Translations under genes and position numbers: made by a program | Notes under the pieces: model-generated | Seen by the model: the letters and a program-made list of their open reading frames with translations, nothing else | Database searches by the model: none | Told to the model about the DNA's origin: nothing | Virus record (IMG/VR): IMGVR_UViG_3300033995_000182 | Span: 1 to 32,966 of that record | DNA length: 32,966 bases | Source of the DNA: a virus | Taxonomy: Duplodnaviria > Caudoviricetes | Strand: one strand, 5' to 3' | In this document: piece by piece, positions 32,071 to 32,966 of the stretch | How positions within the stretch are numbered: the first letter of the stretch is position 1 | Layout: each line of letters starts with the position of its first letter

Positions 32071-32582
32071 TGGCTAAAGAAAAACAAGAGTATGACTATG
32101 AAGGTGACATGGCTATGTCACAACTCAAGTCTATTATTGCCAACGCGCAGCGTATCCATGATATGCTCGAGCGCGACACAAATATTCCTGAATGGGTACA
32201 GTCAAAGATCACGCTAGCCGAGGACTACATCTCAACTTCTGCTAACTATATGCAGGGTGAGATGAAGGAAGAAACAAAGTGGGTAAAAGATAAACACGGC
32301 TCTGGATATACAAGTAATGATGGTAAGCGGGAAATCGTTAAACATACTAAAGGTTGGATATCTCGCAGTACTACTGATAGACACGATTACTCTGACGTAT
32401 ATCCTACACAAAGAGAAGCTAAAGCTGGTAAATATGCTTGGGCTACCAAGAATGAAGATATGGCGATGGGAACCGGTCCAGTGAACGTCGCTGCTAATGT
32501 AGCAGATCCAAAGAACAAACCACTATTTGCTAAACCTGCAAAACGTAAGATGCCTTCATTCAAGACATTCGCCGGCAAATAA
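32070..32582 (+). CDS. Hypothetical late protein (170 aa)
   Basis: EGDMAMSQL..PEWVQSKIT.A.DY module; TAATG coupling. Confidence 0.8.
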   Translation: MAKEKQEYDYEGDMAMSQLKSIIANAQRIHDMLERDTNIPEWVQSKITLAEDYISTSANYMQGEMKEETKWVKDKHGSGYTSNDGKREIVKHTKGWISRSTTDRHDYSDVYPTQREAKAGKYAWATKNEDMAMGTGPVNVAANVADPKNKPLFAKPAKRKMPSFKTFAGK

Positions 32583-32583
32583 C

Positions 32584-32966
32584 ATGTTTAACATGATTCC
32601 TTTGCCATATAAGTTACTCGCATTAGTAGCACTAATTGCTGGAGTATTCTTCTATGGTTACATGAAGGGATCTGTACATGCTGAAGCTGAACTTGCTAAA
32701 TTCTCTGCAGAGAAGAGCAAACAGATTGCTGGGCTCGAGAAGAAGAATGCCGAGATAAGTAATAAAGTAATAACTGAATACGTTGACAGAACAAATACGA
32801 TTAGGGAAAAGGAATATGTATACCGTGACATTGCTGCAAAAAGCGTTCCTGCTCAGTCTGATCTTAGCAACGGTTGGGTGTACACGCACGACATTAGTGC
32901 CACATCCGGTGATGCCGACGCCTCCAGAGCTTCTGATGCGTCCTCCTCTGGAATTAAAGACAATAC
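32584..32966 (+). CDS. Rz-like inner-membrane spanin, partial (runs off the window)
   Basis: Open frame MFNMIPLPYKLLALVALIAGVFFYGYMKG with N-terminal TM helix, coiled-coil-like segment and VITEYVDR..IREK. Confidence 0.6.
   Translation, partial: MFNMIPLPYKLLALVALIAGVFFYGYMKGSVHAEAELAKFSAEKSKQIAGLEKKNAEISNKVITEYVDRTNTIREKEYVYRDIAAKSVPAQSDLSNGWVYTHDISATSGDADASRASDASSSGIKDN

Overview
This is a 33-kb segment of a large T4-like (gp43/UvsX/gp41-type) myophage genome, and almost all genes are on the + strand. In order it contains: (1) a tRNA array (Met/Ile-CAT, Ala-TGC, Phe-GAA, Leu-TAG, Val-TAC, Arg-ACG, Asn-GTT) interspersed with two HNH endonuclease genes, a GT2 glycosyltransferase plus LpxH2/PlcP-like metallophosphoesterase pair, and several densely structured non-coding RNA candidates; (2) small accessory genes, Hsp20 and a minus-strand M15 peptidase-GH19 lysin; (3) DNA polymerase gp43, MetK, UvsX and gp41 helicase; (4) a run of small early genes behind a repeated TGTACA-N17-TAnnnT promoter; (5) a late (TATAAATA) cluster of probable virion/internal proteins, Dps and a partial spanin-like gene. 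The main observation is one architecture seen twice. A tRNA gene is split at its anticodon arm by a cassette of [late promoter - HNH gene - complete, sequence-divergent replacement tRNA], with the HNH stop codon inside the replacement tRNA and the orphaned 5' and 3' halves of the old tRNA still flanking the cassette. This looks like a tRNA-replacing homing endonuclease element. All family assignments come from motifs recognised by eye; no database searches or folding programs were run.
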